Source: Oscillospiraceae bacterium (GTDB lineage Bacteria > Bacillota > Clostridia > Oscillospirales > UBA929). Taken from it: 64,000 nucleotides of DNA. Shown here piece after piece: positions 18,924-28,992 of the stretch (position 1 is its first letter; each line of letters starts with the position of its first letter). Location of the stretch: assembly GCA_009777475.1 (NCBI GenBank), contig WRLU01000012.1:1122-65121 (forward strand). The letters run 5' to 3'. The position numbers were made by a program, and so were the translations under genes. The notes beneath the pieces were generated by a model. The model was given only the letters and a program-made list of their open reading frames with translations. It searched no databases and had not been told where the DNA came from.

Positions 18924-19754
18924 TTATATGGCAACCGGAATTTTTCCATCCAGCCTATGAGCCTGATAGTTCTCCAGAACAAAATCAGATATTTCAAATG
19001 AGTAAAAATCGGTTTTCTCTGGATTTATGATAAGGGTAGGCGAATCAAACGAAGGGTTCCGCAGAATTTTCTCCACCAGCGGTATATGGCGGTCATAGAT
19101 GTGAGCATCGGCAATAACGTGCAAAAGCTCACCCGGCACCAGGCCTGACACCCGGGCGAGCATATGCACAAGGATAGAGTACTGGCAAACATTCCAGCCA
19201 TTGGCAACTAGCATATCCTGTGAACGCTGGTTTAGTATGGCATTTAGGCGGTTGCCCGAAACATTCAGCGTCATGCTGTAAGCGCAGGGATAGAGACGCA
19301 TTTCATGTAAATCGGCATGATTGTACATATTTACAATCATGCGCCGTGACCGGGGATTATTCTTCAAGTCATACAAAAGCCGGTCGACCTGGTCAAGCTC
19401 CCCCTCGGGATATTTGTGCCGGATAGCCAGCTGGTAGCCATACGCTTTTCCTATGGTGCCATTTTCATCTGCCCATGCATCCCATATACGGCTGGAAAGC
19501 CCGGAAATATTATTTGATTTTTTCTGCCATATCCACAGCATCTCATCAATGCAGTTAGCAAAAGGAACCCGGCGCAAGGTGAGGATAGGAAACTCCTTCT
19601 GCAGATCATACCGGTTCGTCAGCCCAAAGCATTTCACTGTATGCGCCTGAGTGCCATCCTCCCACCTTGGGCGGACACTGGACTCAGTATCCCAAACCCC
19701 TTGGGCAAGGATATTCTTGCAGTTTTTTATAAATAATTCATCGGCACATCCCAT
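18924..19754 (-). CDS. thyA: Thymidylate synthase (ThyA)
   Basis: IDEMLWIWQKKSNNI, IWDAWADENGTIGKAYGYQL, NPRSRRMIVNMYN, LYPCAYS, RSQDMLVANGWNVCQY. Start moved to ATG 19754 behind AAGGAG. Confidence 0.9.
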   Translation of the reverse strand: MGCADELFIKNCKNILAQGVWDTESSVRPRWEDGTQAHTVKCFGLTNRYDLQKEFPILTLRRVPFANCIDEMLWIWQKKSNNISGLSSRIWDAWADENGTIGKAYGYQLAIRHKYPEGELDQVDRLLYDLKNNPRSRRMIVNMYNHADLHEMRLYPCAYSMTLNVSGNRLNAILNQRSQDMLVANGWNVCQYSILVHMLARVSGLVPGELLHVIADAHIYDRHIPLVEKILRNPSFDSPTLIINPEKTDFYSFEISDFVLENYQAHRLDGKIPVAI

Positions 19755-19835
19755 ATTATTACCTGCTCCTTTACTTCTGCGCGGATTTTGTATCATCCGA
19801 CTGCCCGGAATAGTCAAGCACCGCCATCTGTCTGC

Positions 19836-21122
19836 TTATATAGTAAGATAAAACCCATCGTTTTTCATATTTTCATACCCTAACTCCAAATAAATCCTCT
19901 TGCCTCGTAAATCCTCACGGCTTTCCACATACACCGGGATATATTCGGGTGTATATCCATGCCAGACTCCGTTTTTGCTTCCTTCAAATAAAACCTCGTT
20001 TTTTTTACCGGCTTGGGTTGCCAAATAACCTTGCCGCATGGTTTTGCCCAAAGCAATTACTATTTCCGCCCGAGCTGATTTTTCCATTCGTGTAAGCTGA
20101 CCTGGAAAATTGGCGGCAGGTGTACCCTTGCGTTTGGAGTATGGAAAAACGTGCAACCCGGCGGGGGCAAGCTTGTTCAGCGCAGATACCGTCTCATCAA
20201 ACTCCTGATCAGATTCCCCGGGAAATCCAGCTAAAATATCTGCGGTAACCGCCGGATTCGACCAATATCCGCGCAGTAATGCAAAGGCGTTCTCAATATC
20301 CTTTGGAGTGTAATGCCGGTTCATGCGGCGCAAAACCTCACGACAGCAGCTTTGCAGTGACAAATGAAAGTGAGGGCAAAGGTTTTTTAATGCCGATAGA
20401 CGCCTGCAAAAATCTTCGTTTACCGTACGCGGCTCAAGTGAACTGACTCTCACTCGTGAACCGGGCAATATGCGGCATACTCCTTCGACTGCCTCAACAA
20501 GAGAGGGGGTATATGAGGAAATTTCAATTCCGCATAGCACTACCTCAGGAAAATTCGCCGCACCCCTTGCAGACTCCAAAAGCTCAGGCAGGGGCAGTGA
20601 ACGCGGGGTTCCCCGGGCGGCGGGAATTTTACAATAACTGCAATGATTATGGCAACCATCCTGAATTTTGATAAAAACCCGGGTGCGCCCCTCCCCCGGT
20701 GCATTCGGGAGTCTGTCAAAGGTACCGGGAAGCTGCATAAGACCAGAATGCTTTGTTGCCAGGGCTTTTTTGCTTCCGGCTTCATCGGCCAATGCTTCAA
20801 GTGCACTGATAAACTCCGATTTTGTCCCACTTCCGCCAATCAGATCAATACCGGCTATATCTGAAATATCATCAGTCTGGGAAAGGCATCCGCAAACGCA
20901 TAGCAATGCCTGAGGATATTGCCGGCGCAACCGCCGTATGGCAGCCTTGGACTTAGTATCTGCCGAGGCTGTAACGGTACAGGTGTTGACAATCACGGCA
21001 TCCGGCAACACCGTGCTGTCTTTGGAGACGGCAAAATGCCCTTTATCCCTAAGCAACGCCTCCATACCTCCCGATTCGGCCTGATTCACCCTGCACCCTA
21101 GCGTATGGAATAAAATATTCAT
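19836..21122 (-). CDS. mtaB: Radical-SAM methylthiotransferase, MtaB-like
   Basis: N-terminal TLGCRVNQAES, radical-SAM CHNHCSYCKIP, about 428 aa. Confidence 0.75.
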   Translation of the reverse strand: MNILFHTLGCRVNQAESGGMEALLRDKGHFAVSKDSTVLPDAVIVNTCTVTASADTKSKAAIRRLRRQYPQALLCVCGCLSQTDDISDIAGIDLIGGSGTKSEFISALEALADEAGSKKALATKHSGLMQLPGTFDRLPNAPGEGRTRVFIKIQDGCHNHCSYCKIPAARGTPRSLPLPELLESARGAANFPEVVLCGIEISSYTPSLVEAVEGVCRILPGSRVRVSSLEPRTVNEDFCRRLSALKNLCPHFHLSLQSCCREVLRRMNRHYTPKDIENAFALLRGYWSNPAVTADILAGFPGESDQEFDETVSALNKLAPAGLHVFPYSKRKGTPAANFPGQLTRMEKSARAEIVIALGKTMRQGYLATQAGKKNEVLFEGSKNGVWHGYTPEYIPVYVESREDLRGKRIYLELGYENMKNDGFYLTI

Positions 21123-22456
21123 GCTTCTCTGATTGCTTTCCCTATGTACTCGGCCACGGATTGAATGTTTTTCAAGTCCTTGCCCTCCACCATCACCCGG
21201 ATAAGAGCCTCGGTTCCGGAAGGACGGACCAACACCCGGCCTTCATTCCCCAATTCTAACTCTGCTTTAGTTATTGCTTTAGCAATTTCTTCTTTTTCGT
21301 GCCAAAATTCCTTAAGCTCGGGAGTGACTTCAAGGTTAAGCAGTACCTGCGGATAGTAAGGAATATCGTTTACAAGCTCACGTGAAGTGGACCTTGACAA
21401 CGCTAAAATTGATAGAAATTTGAGAGCGGTCAGCTGCCCATCCCCAGTGGTGCTGTGACGCGAAAATATGACGTGACCTGATTGCTCTCCCCCCAATAAA
21501 TATCCTTTATCCCTCATCCTCTCAAGCACATACCTATCCCCTACCGCTGTGCAAGCCATCCTCAGGCCGGCATTTTTAACCCACGTATGCAACCCTAAAT
21601 TGGACATTACTGTAGCAACAAAGGTATCGTCCGGCAGATGCCCCGACAATTGTTCGTTTTTGGCGCAAACAGCCATAATGCGGTCACCATCAATTATCCC
21701 CCCGCTATTGTCCAGTGCCAAACATCTGTCGGCATCACCATCAAAAGCTATCCCGATGTCAAATCCACCCTCCAATACGCGTTTTCTAAGCGATTCCATA
21801 TGTGTAGAGCCGCAACAATCGTTTATGTTGACCCCATTTGGGTCATGGCATAAAATTTCCAATGCAGCGGGGCAGTAACGAGAAAATAGTGCTTTTGCGG
21901 TAGCGGATGCCGCCCCATTGGCACAATCCACGACAATCTTAAGCTTTCCTAAATCAGCCGGGACAGCTTGGTGCAAATGCTCAATATATTCCTCTAGTCC
22001 GCACGAACCCGCGGGAAGAACTCTTCCTATTGCGACACCCTTTTTTAGTGTAATATTTTTGCTCATTTGGGCTTCAATTTTGTCTTCTAATTCATCCGGT
22101 AGCTTATATCCGTCTTGGTCAAAGATTTTAATCCCATTATACTCGAAGGGATTGTGCGAGGCTGAGATAACAATACCCGCGTCAGCATGGCGCAACGTAA
22201 GGTACGCCACCGCGGGCGTAGGTGCGGTGCCGCACAGGATTACGTCCGCCCCCGCAGAGGTAACCCCGGCAATCAATGCAGACTCCAGCATATCTGACGA
22301 TATTCGAGTGTCCTTGCCAATTACTATGCTTGGCCTGTGTTTAGCTTGGCCTGTTAATATAACAGCTGCCGACTGACCGACACGATAGGCTGTCATGGCA
22401 TCCAAGTCATCATTAGCAATGCCGCGTATACCATCTGTTCCGAATAATCTTGCCAT
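21119..22456 (-). CDS. glmM: Phosphoglucosamine mutase
   Basis: MARLFGTDGIRG, active-site SASHNPFEYNGIK, GEQSGH. Confidence 0.92.
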   Translation of the reverse strand: MARLFGTDGIRGIANDDLDAMTAYRVGQSAAVILTGQAKHRPSIVIGKDTRISSDMLESALIAGVTSAGADVILCGTAPTPAVAYLTLRHADAGIVISASHNPFEYNGIKIFDQDGYKLPDELEDKIEAQMSKNITLKKGVAIGRVLPAGSCGLEEYIEHLHQAVPADLGKLKIVVDCANGAASATAKALFSRYCPAALEILCHDPNGVNINDCCGSTHMESLRKRVLEGGFDIGIAFDGDADRCLALDNSGGIIDGDRIMAVCAKNEQLSGHLPDDTFVATVMSNLGLHTWVKNAGLRMACTAVGDRYVLERMRDKGYLLGGEQSGHVIFSRHSTTGDGQLTALKFLSILALSRSTSRELVNDIPYYPQVLLNLEVTPELKEFWHEKEEIAKAITKAELELGNEGRVLVRPSGTEALIRVMVEGKDLKNIQSVAEYIGKAIREA

Positions 22457-22488
22457 ATCTGCCTCCTTCGCCTGTCAGGGCGTTTTAT

Positions 22489-23826
22489 TTATTTCCTTAG
22501 CAAAGGCTCGGGATTAACCCGCTTGCCGCTTTGAAGAATTTCAAAGTGCAGATGATTGCCGGTGGAGACCCCTGTTGTGCCTACATATCCTATGGTGTCA
22601 CCCTGTTTGACCGATTTACCGACCCCAAAGCTCCCAAAGCGGCTGAGGTGGGCGTACAGGCTGGCTTGACCGCCGCCGTGATCTACCACTATGTAATTGC
22701 CGTATCCGCTGTTGTAGCCCCGGGTGAGTATTGTCCCTGCGTTGGCGGCAATCACGCGAGTACCGGAGGGTGCTGGAATATCAATGCCTCCATGGAAGCG
22801 AGTAACGCCATACACAGGGTGCCTGCGGTTACCGAATTGGCTGGATATACGGTAATTGCCCGGAACCGGCCAAGCATACTGTCCACCTACATATTTATGA
22901 CCTTCCGTTGATGATCCCGATGATGACGATGAGCCTGATGACCCTTCGGAACCCTCCCCGCTGCCCGCATTTTTAGCCGCCTTTTTCTCCTCGGCTTCCC
23001 TTCTTCGCCTTTCTGCCTCTGCCTTGCGCAGCTCCTCTGCTATTTGCTTTCGCAATTGTTCTTGCAGGCTCAGTATTTGCTTATAAGCCTCCTGCTCTGC
23101 TTTTTCCTGCTCCGCAGCAAGCTTTTCGTTTTCCGCAATGTCAGACATAGTATCGGCAATCATCCTGTCAGATTCAGCTGACAGAGATGCTAACTCCTTT
23201 TGCGATGCTGTCAAACGCTCACGCGCCTTCAGCTGATCCTCCCGGTTATCCTCCAAGGCCTTTTGCTCCTTTGCGATAGCCTCGCATTTCTCCTTGCGTT
23301 TCTCGGCTAACTGGTTGTCATAGTCTATAATTCTGCTCATTGCATCCCAGCGTGTAAGGAAATCTGAAAAACTTTTGGCCTCCAGCAAAACAGCCAGATA
23401 AGAAGGTTTACCCATCTTCTGCATGGCACTAACCCTCGCCTCAAATTCCTCCCTACCTTCCTCGGCATCTTGAATCGCTTCCTCAAGGGCGGCGTTCCGC
23501 TCGGCAATATCATCCCCCAGCTTTGCCAACAGGACACTGGAGGTATCAATTTCCTTGTTGAGATTTTCGATCTTACGGTCATATATCTGTTTTTTCTCTA
23601 CCGCACCTGCTTTTTTGTCGCGCAGCTTGGCAAGCTCACTGTTCAGGCTTTGCCTTTCCTTTGCAATATTGCTTGCCTGCCCCTTCAGCACATCAATTTC
23701 CTCTTGCCTAACCTTTGCGTAGGCAGGAGGAAAAAAAGAGCTTATAATAGTAGCCAAAAAGGTAAAAAGAATAACACCCGCAACAATCAAGGCAATAACC
23801 TTCATCCGTTTTGTACGTTTATCCAA
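22489..23826 (-). CDS. Coiled-coil M23 peptidoglycan metalloendopeptidase (EnvC/PcsB-like partner of FtsEX)
   Basis: N-terminal TM segment, a long coiled coil, and a C-terminal M23 core HGGIDIPAP ... LYAHL ... GNHLHFEI. It lies directly downstream of ftsEX. Confidence 0.85.
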   Translation of the reverse strand: MDKRTKRMKVIALIVAGVILFTFLATIISSFFPPAYAKVRQEEIDVLKGQASNIAKERQSLNSELAKLRDKKAGAVEKKQIYDRKIENLNKEIDTSSVLLAKLGDDIAERNAALEEAIQDAEEGREEFEARVSAMQKMGKPSYLAVLLEAKSFSDFLTRWDAMSRIIDYDNQLAEKRKEKCEAIAKEQKALEDNREDQLKARERLTASQKELASLSAESDRMIADTMSDIAENEKLAAEQEKAEQEAYKQILSLQEQLRKQIAEELRKAEAERRRREAEEKKAAKNAGSGEGSEGSSGSSSSSGSSTEGHKYVGGQYAWPVPGNYRISSQFGNRRHPVYGVTRFHGGIDIPAPSGTRVIAANAGTILTRGYNSGYGNYIVVDHGGGQASLYAHLSRFGSFGVGKSVKQGDTIGYVGTTGVSTGNHLHFEILQSGKRVNPEPLLRK

Positions 23827-23838
23827 ATCAAACCACTC

Positions 23839-24723
23839 CTATGTTTTCAAAAATTTTCGTATTGCCATTACACTCCCGCCAACTCCGACCAAAAAACCAA
23901 TAAGCACAAATACCGCAAGCATGGGCAACCGTAATTCGTCAAATGAGAGTACGTTCAAAACCCCTGAGTCTGCCAGCTTGCCTATGTCGTTTGAAAACCT
24001 CTCGTATGCCGCCCATTGCAAAAAGTATGCGGCAATACTTGCGAAAATACCGAGAAAAAAACCCTCCACGATGAACGGCCAGCGGATAAAGCTCTTTGTG
24101 GCACCTACCATACGCTGTATGCCAATTTCCTCCCGCCGGTCAAAGGTGGCCAATTTAATAGTATTTGCCATAATAAACAGGCTTACGACCATAAGAAGTG
24201 CTGTCAGGATAATTGAAACAAGCTCGACCACCCGCCGCACCGAAAGCAATGCTGACATCTCCCTGGAAGGACTCCTTACAGTATCAACCCCCTGTATTGC
24301 CTGCAAAATCAATTCTGTTTCTGCGGCAAATGAAATATCCTCCAGGGCAACCCGGTATTGGGGTGAAAAAACATCCGGGGGAATGCCTATCATATACTCC
24401 TCCCCCATCTCTTTTACCAGGGATTCTCTATATTCTTCTGGGGATACATAAATTCTGTCGCGCACATTGGCGATAGCACTGATCTCACTCCCCAGGCTTT
24501 TGGCATCCGCCTCGGATAGGTCTTTATCCAGGGTAACCATAATCTCATTATTTTTCTCCAGCTCTGATATAGCTGTCCGTATATTGACGGCCACTAACGA
24601 AAAGCTACCCATGATAATCAGGCAGGCAACAATAACCCCCACAGCAGCAAAGCTAGAAAACCCATGCAAAAACACCCCTCGGATGCCTTCCGCTATATAA
24701 TACCTAATTACGTGTCGATTCAT
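23839..24723 (-). CDS. ftsX: Cell-division permease FtsX
   Basis: Four-TM FtsX architecture downstream of ftsE. Start placed at MNRHVIRYY; the longer track ORF would overlap ftsE by 89 nt. Confidence 0.8.
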   Translation of the reverse strand: MNRHVIRYYIAEGIRGVFLHGFSSFAAVGVIVACLIIMGSFSLVAVNIRTAISELEKNNEIMVTLDKDLSEADAKSLGSEISAIANVRDRIYVSPEEYRESLVKEMGEEYMIGIPPDVFSPQYRVALEDISFAAETELILQAIQGVDTVRSPSREMSALLSVRRVVELVSIILTALLMVVSLFIMANTIKLATFDRREEIGIQRMVGATKSFIRWPFIVEGFFLGIFASIAAYFLQWAAYERFSNDIGKLADSGVLNVLSFDELRLPMLAVFVLIGFLVGVGGSVMAIRKFLKT

Positions 24724-25399
24724 TTGAATAATACCCACCCTGTTTATCTGACACAATACGTCCGCCGTCAATGGCAATGACTCGTTTGGCAAAGCGGTTA
24801 ACCAGTGCCTTCTCGTGCGTTACCGTCAGCACAGTTGTTCCTAAGCTGTTTATCCTCTCTAAAAGCGTCATTATCTCCAGGCTTCGTTCCGGGTCAAGGT
24901 TCCCGGTAGGCTCGTCCGCAATAATGACCAGCGGATTGTTGACCAAAGCGCGAGCAATTGCCACACGCTGCTGCTCTCCCCCCGAAAGCTCAAATGGACG
25001 CCTCCTGGCTTTGTGAGACAGGCCCACAAGCTCCAGCATATACGGGACCTTCTTTTTTACCTCTTTTGGGGAACACCCCACTGCCCTCATGGCAAAGGCT
25101 ACGTTATCAAATACATTCTTTTTTTCTATTAAGCGAAAATCCTGAAAAACAACACCCAAGGTACGCCTAAGATAGGGAATGGAGCTTTCCTTGATGGTAT
25201 TCACGTTATAGCCGTTTACCATAACCTTGCCATCACTGGGTTTAATCTCACTGGTCAAAAGCTTTATAATTGTGGACTTGCCCGATCCGGAAGGCCCGAT
25301 TAAAAATACAAACTCCCCATCATCAATGCGCATTGTTACCCCGCGAAGGGCTTTTGTACCATTATCATACGCCTTACATACATCTACCAAGCGAACCAA
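24704..25399 (-). CDS. ftsE: Cell-division ATP-binding protein FtsE
   Basis: Walker A GPSGSGKST, signature LSGGEQQRV, Walker B VIIADEPT. Confidence 0.92.
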   Translation of the reverse strand: MVRLVDVCKAYDNGTKALRGVTMRIDDGEFVFLIGPSGSGKSTIIKLLTSEIKPSDGKVMVNGYNVNTIKESSIPYLRRTLGVVFQDFRLIEKKNVFDNVAFAMRAVGCSPKEVKKKVPYMLELVGLSHKARRRPFELSGGEQQRVAIARALVNNPLVIIADEPTGNLDPERSLEIMTLLERINSLGTTVLTVTHEKALVNRFAKRVIAIDGGRIVSDKQGGYYSNESTRN

Positions 25400-25435
25400 A
25401 AGCCAACCACCTCCGTGCGCCTAATTCGGTTCTTA

Positions 25436-26527
25436 TTATTTCTCATCATCACACGATTTAAGGTACTTTTTAACCATAAGTGCAACCTTGAACACAACCG
25501 CATGCTCAAAACAGCGAATATCAAGGCCGATTGAGCGTTTGATTTTTTCAATGCGGTAAACTAAGGTATTTCGGTGTACAAACAGCCTGCGGCTAGTTTC
25601 GCTGACGTTGAGGTTGTTCTCAAAAAAGCCGGAAATAGTATTGAGCGTTTCTATGTCAAGCGTTTCTATGTCGTCTTTCTTGAAAGCTTCGTTCAGGAAC
25701 ATGGAACACATCCTTGTCGGGAGCTGATAAATCAGTCTGCCTATTCCGAGATTTTCATAAGTAACAATGCGTTTTTCGGCATCAAACACCTTGCCGACCT
25801 CAATTGCCGTCTGAGCCTCCCTGTATACAACGGACAATTCACGGATTTGGGTGCAAACCGTCCCTATGCCAATTACACAATCAAGCATAAGCTCGCTCTT
25901 GACGGTTTCCTCTATGGAAACAGCCAGCTTGTTCAGCGCGGTCGAATCGGTGTTTTCATCAACCTCTTTGACTAAAACAATCTCATTTTCACTGAGCAGG
26001 ATGACAAAGTCCCTGCTACGATCCGGAAAGAGGTTTTTAAGAACCTCCAAAACAGAATTATCAAACTGCCCCTTCTGACGTAAAAGCAGCACCACACGAG
26101 ATTGGTGGCCATCTAAGTTCAATTCACGGCTCCGCGCATAAATGTCGCCAGGAAGAATATTTTCCAGTAAAAGATTTTTTATGAATGTAGACCTATTGTG
26201 CTTTTCCTCATAAAAATCTCTGGCACAGTTAAGTGCCACCGCAGCTATTCCGCAGATAGAGAATGCTGTTTGATCCTCGCCTTCCACAAATACGGCATAG
26301 TCATGCCGCAAGGATGATGGTTGCAGGCTTTTAAAGGTATACTCCATCATCTGCACAGAACCGCCTCTCTCGTCCAGTGCCGTTACCGCCCTGTCCCACA
26401 CATGACCAATCAAGGAATAGTCGGTAGAGGCAACAACCTCGCCCCGACCGCTCATAACGCCCAAGACCCGTTCCTGCGCAGAGGCTTTCATCTGTGCCAG
26501 AATAGGCTGAAACATTTTATCCTGCAT
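25436..26527 (-). CDS. PucR/CdaR-family transcriptional regulator
   Basis: C-terminal PucR-type HTH NVSETSRRLFVHRNTLVYRIEKIKRSIG. Start at MQDKMFQ behind AAGGGGGA. Confidence 0.75.
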   Translation of the reverse strand: MQDKMFQPILAQMKASAQERVLGVMSGRGEVVASTDYSLIGHVWDRAVTALDERGGSVQMMEYTFKSLQPSSLRHDYAVFVEGEDQTAFSICGIAAVALNCARDFYEEKHNRSTFIKNLLLENILPGDIYARSRELNLDGHQSRVVLLLRQKGQFDNSVLEVLKNLFPDRSRDFVILLSENEIVLVKEVDENTDSTALNKLAVSIEETVKSELMLDCVIGIGTVCTQIRELSVVYREAQTAIEVGKVFDAEKRIVTYENLGIGRLIYQLPTRMCSMFLNEAFKKDDIETLDIETLNTISGFFENNLNVSETSRRLFVHRNTLVYRIEKIKRSIGLDIRCFEHAVVFKVALMVKKYLKSCDDEK

Positions 26528-26936
26528 AACTTTTCCCCCTTGGAATAATTCATTTGACGTCACCAGGCAACTTCTGATTTCTTATATTACTACATTCCAA
26601 TGCAGATTACAAGCCCCAGTTTACATAAAATTGATACCCTCCCGCCCATTTTGCGGTAAAAACGAAACAAAGGAGCGGCTGTAATCACCGCTCCTGATGG
26701 ATTTACAGGCTCTTTTGCCTGTTAGTTTTTCGACTCAGGCAATGCTTCCCTTCTCCATAGGAGTGATTGCTATTAAGATTTCCTTGCCTAAGCCTTTTGC
26801 AGTATTTTCCTTTCCTAAGGTTAAAAGAGACCGTAAATAATTTTTTTGCCTTTCTCGTAACCCGAGTTCAGTTGATACTGCTCTTGCCTCCTCGTAATCT
26901 CATCAACGAGCCATAGGCAAATCAGCTTAGAGGGCT

Positions 26937-27212
26937 TTACTCCTCTTCTGAGTTACGTTCCTCAAATAACTTAAATATTTTGTCACACAATTTCTCATCG
27001 GCAACCTCTTCAAGAAGCTCCTCGCCGTTTTGCTCGACAACCTTCATAATGACCACGGCAACCTCCTCCTGTCCACCCTCCGGCAGCTCGGCATCGGGTT
27101 CAACCAAGCCGAATGCCATATAGGCTTCATCAAGATACTCCAATGTATCCAGATGCTCCATGATAAACTCGTTGCCATCCTCGTCTGTCATGGTGATATA
27201 ATTGTCATCCAT
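26937..27212 (-). CDS. DUF1292 family protein
   Basis: ITMTDEDGNEFIMEHLDTLEYLDEAYMAF with an acidic tail, typical of DUF1292. Confidence 0.8.
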   Translation of the reverse strand: MDDNYITMTDEDGNEFIMEHLDTLEYLDEAYMAFGLVEPDAELPEGGQEEVAVVIMKVVEQNGEELLEEVADEKLCDKIFKLFEERNSEEE

Positions 27213-27233
27213 GTAATTTTTCCTCCTTCCAGT

Positions 27234-28754
27234 CTATGATGTCCGGCAGGGTCCGGCCTGAATACCCTGAGTATCGCGGGTAAATGAACAGTTTTGGTAC
27301 TTAGACTCTATTTGCATTGACTCCGACCCGATGAAAATACGTACGCCCGGATATACCGTGTCGGTTATGGTGATAACCCCAAAGCCGAAGGACTCTAAAT
27401 TTTGCTTTATTGTTTCAAACTCTTCCTCCAGAGCCACGAGATTTTCAGTAAGAAGATTAAGGGAGGTTACCGCCCTATTGAGCTGTTCTTCCTTTTCCGG
27501 GTTCAGACTGCCCCTGCGTTGATGCTCCTTCAGAAGGGAAACAACCCTGTTTAATGTGGCAATATCTTTTTGATGGGTGATTATTTCGTCAGGAACCTCT
27601 TGATAGCGTTTTTGTGTGTTTTGATCTGTACCCACCTCCAATATGGTGTTTACAAGGGTGTTTCTGCCGCCGGCGTTTGCCGATTCAATCAGCTTAAAAG
27701 CAGATATATGCCCTCCGACCAGCATGCCCTTATTGCCGAGAATACGAACAGTATCTCCGCTTTGAACACGCGAATGTAAGATATAGTTCGCCTCAACGCA
27801 CCCGGTAGCCTGTATATTGGCAGCCTGAACATATTTGCATATGACATCCCCGCCAGCGGTTACCATGCCTTTTTCAAAGCCGTTTAGCCCCTCGCGGATC
27901 ACGATGTTGCCGCCAGCCTCAAGATTGGCACTTTCAACAGAGCCTGATATGGTTATATTTCCGGTCGCTTTAATGCTGAAGCCGGACAAAACATTACCCT
28001 GCACATCAACGTTCCCTACAAAGTCAATATTTCCGGTCGCGTTGCCAACACCGCCCCTTACAGTAAAGGTATTATCAACCGAAACCTTTTTTCCGGCTAC
28101 GTTAACCTGACCATCAATAGAGGCAAAAAGTTCCAGTCTGTCTTCCGAAAGCACGGTGTTTTTTCCGGCTGGCAAGGGTACATCGCGTCCCGGCTTAGCA
28201 GGCACCGGCATACCCCGGATATTGGTGCCAGGGGTACCTAAGGTTGCAGGAATTTTCCGGGCAAGCAAATCCCCCGAGCTTACATTTTGCACGATTCCTA
28301 AATCCTTGTAGTCGGCAGTGCCGTCCTCAAGGATTTTGGGACGGATGTTCCTTTTGAGGTCAATCATATACTCAATGCGAGCGGATTCCCCATGAACCGG
28401 CTCCTGCCCATTGGCAAGGGTGACCGGCCTGTTAATGGGCGGTTTCCTTAGTATCATGTCCATAACACGTTCATCTAAGCCAAAGGTAATCTGGCAACGC
28501 TGGATTTCAGCCTTTAGCTTTGCCTCAACCTCCTCTTGAAGAGGCTCAGGCATGCCAGGGGATATAGGGGTAATCATTACATCGGCCGACATAGCATTGG
28601 TTGGCATCTGTATTGCCAGTTTTATGGTATGCTCAGGCCGTACCGACTGATCGGCCATCATGGCGCTGGCATTAGCTGCCATGGGATTGGCGGCGGGCAC
28701 TGAATTGGCAGGCTGTTGTGTCGGGTTTTTTTTCTCTGTGTCCACTGTCATCAT
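27234..28754 (-). CDS. FapA (DUF342) family protein
   Basis: Beta-helix-like repeats GNIDFVGNVDVQGNVLSGFSIKATGNITISGSVE plus a C-terminal coiled coil. Confidence 0.75.
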   Translation of the reverse strand: MMTVDTEKKNPTQQPANSVPAANPMAANASAMMADQSVRPEHTIKLAIQMPTNAMSADVMITPISPGMPEPLQEEVEAKLKAEIQRCQITFGLDERVMDMILRKPPINRPVTLANGQEPVHGESARIEYMIDLKRNIRPKILEDGTADYKDLGIVQNVSSGDLLARKIPATLGTPGTNIRGMPVPAKPGRDVPLPAGKNTVLSEDRLELFASIDGQVNVAGKKVSVDNTFTVRGGVGNATGNIDFVGNVDVQGNVLSGFSIKATGNITISGSVESANLEAGGNIVIREGLNGFEKGMVTAGGDVICKYVQAANIQATGCVEANYILHSRVQSGDTVRILGNKGMLVGGHISAFKLIESANAGGRNTLVNTILEVGTDQNTQKRYQEVPDEIITHQKDIATLNRVVSLLKEHQRRGSLNPEKEEQLNRAVTSLNLLTENLVALEEEFETIKQNLESFGFGVITITDTVYPGVRIFIGSESMQIESKYQNCSFTRDTQGIQAGPCRTS

Positions 28755-28992
28755 TCCTTTCCGCGTATCTCATCCTTGAATAAATCTATTATAGCAAAGA
28801 TTTTATTCCACGTCAAAGCTTTTTATTAAATTTTAATATTTATTTTTCGAGCTTTTCTATCCTTACCCTGTAGCATCCTTTGGTATCTCCCCCCCGATTA
28901 AATCCTGCCAAATTATTGCGCAGGTTTTTTGTCGCGCCGGCACCGCATTTACCGCACCGCTCTAAAGCTGTTGATGCTTGAAATTTAATACT

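Noticed and set aside
28755-28992. A res subunit or other restriction partner for the Mod-like methyltransferase
   Set aside because: The 238-nt gap downstream has no ORF, and the next genes (FapA, DUF1292) are unrelated, so the MTase is treated as solitary.
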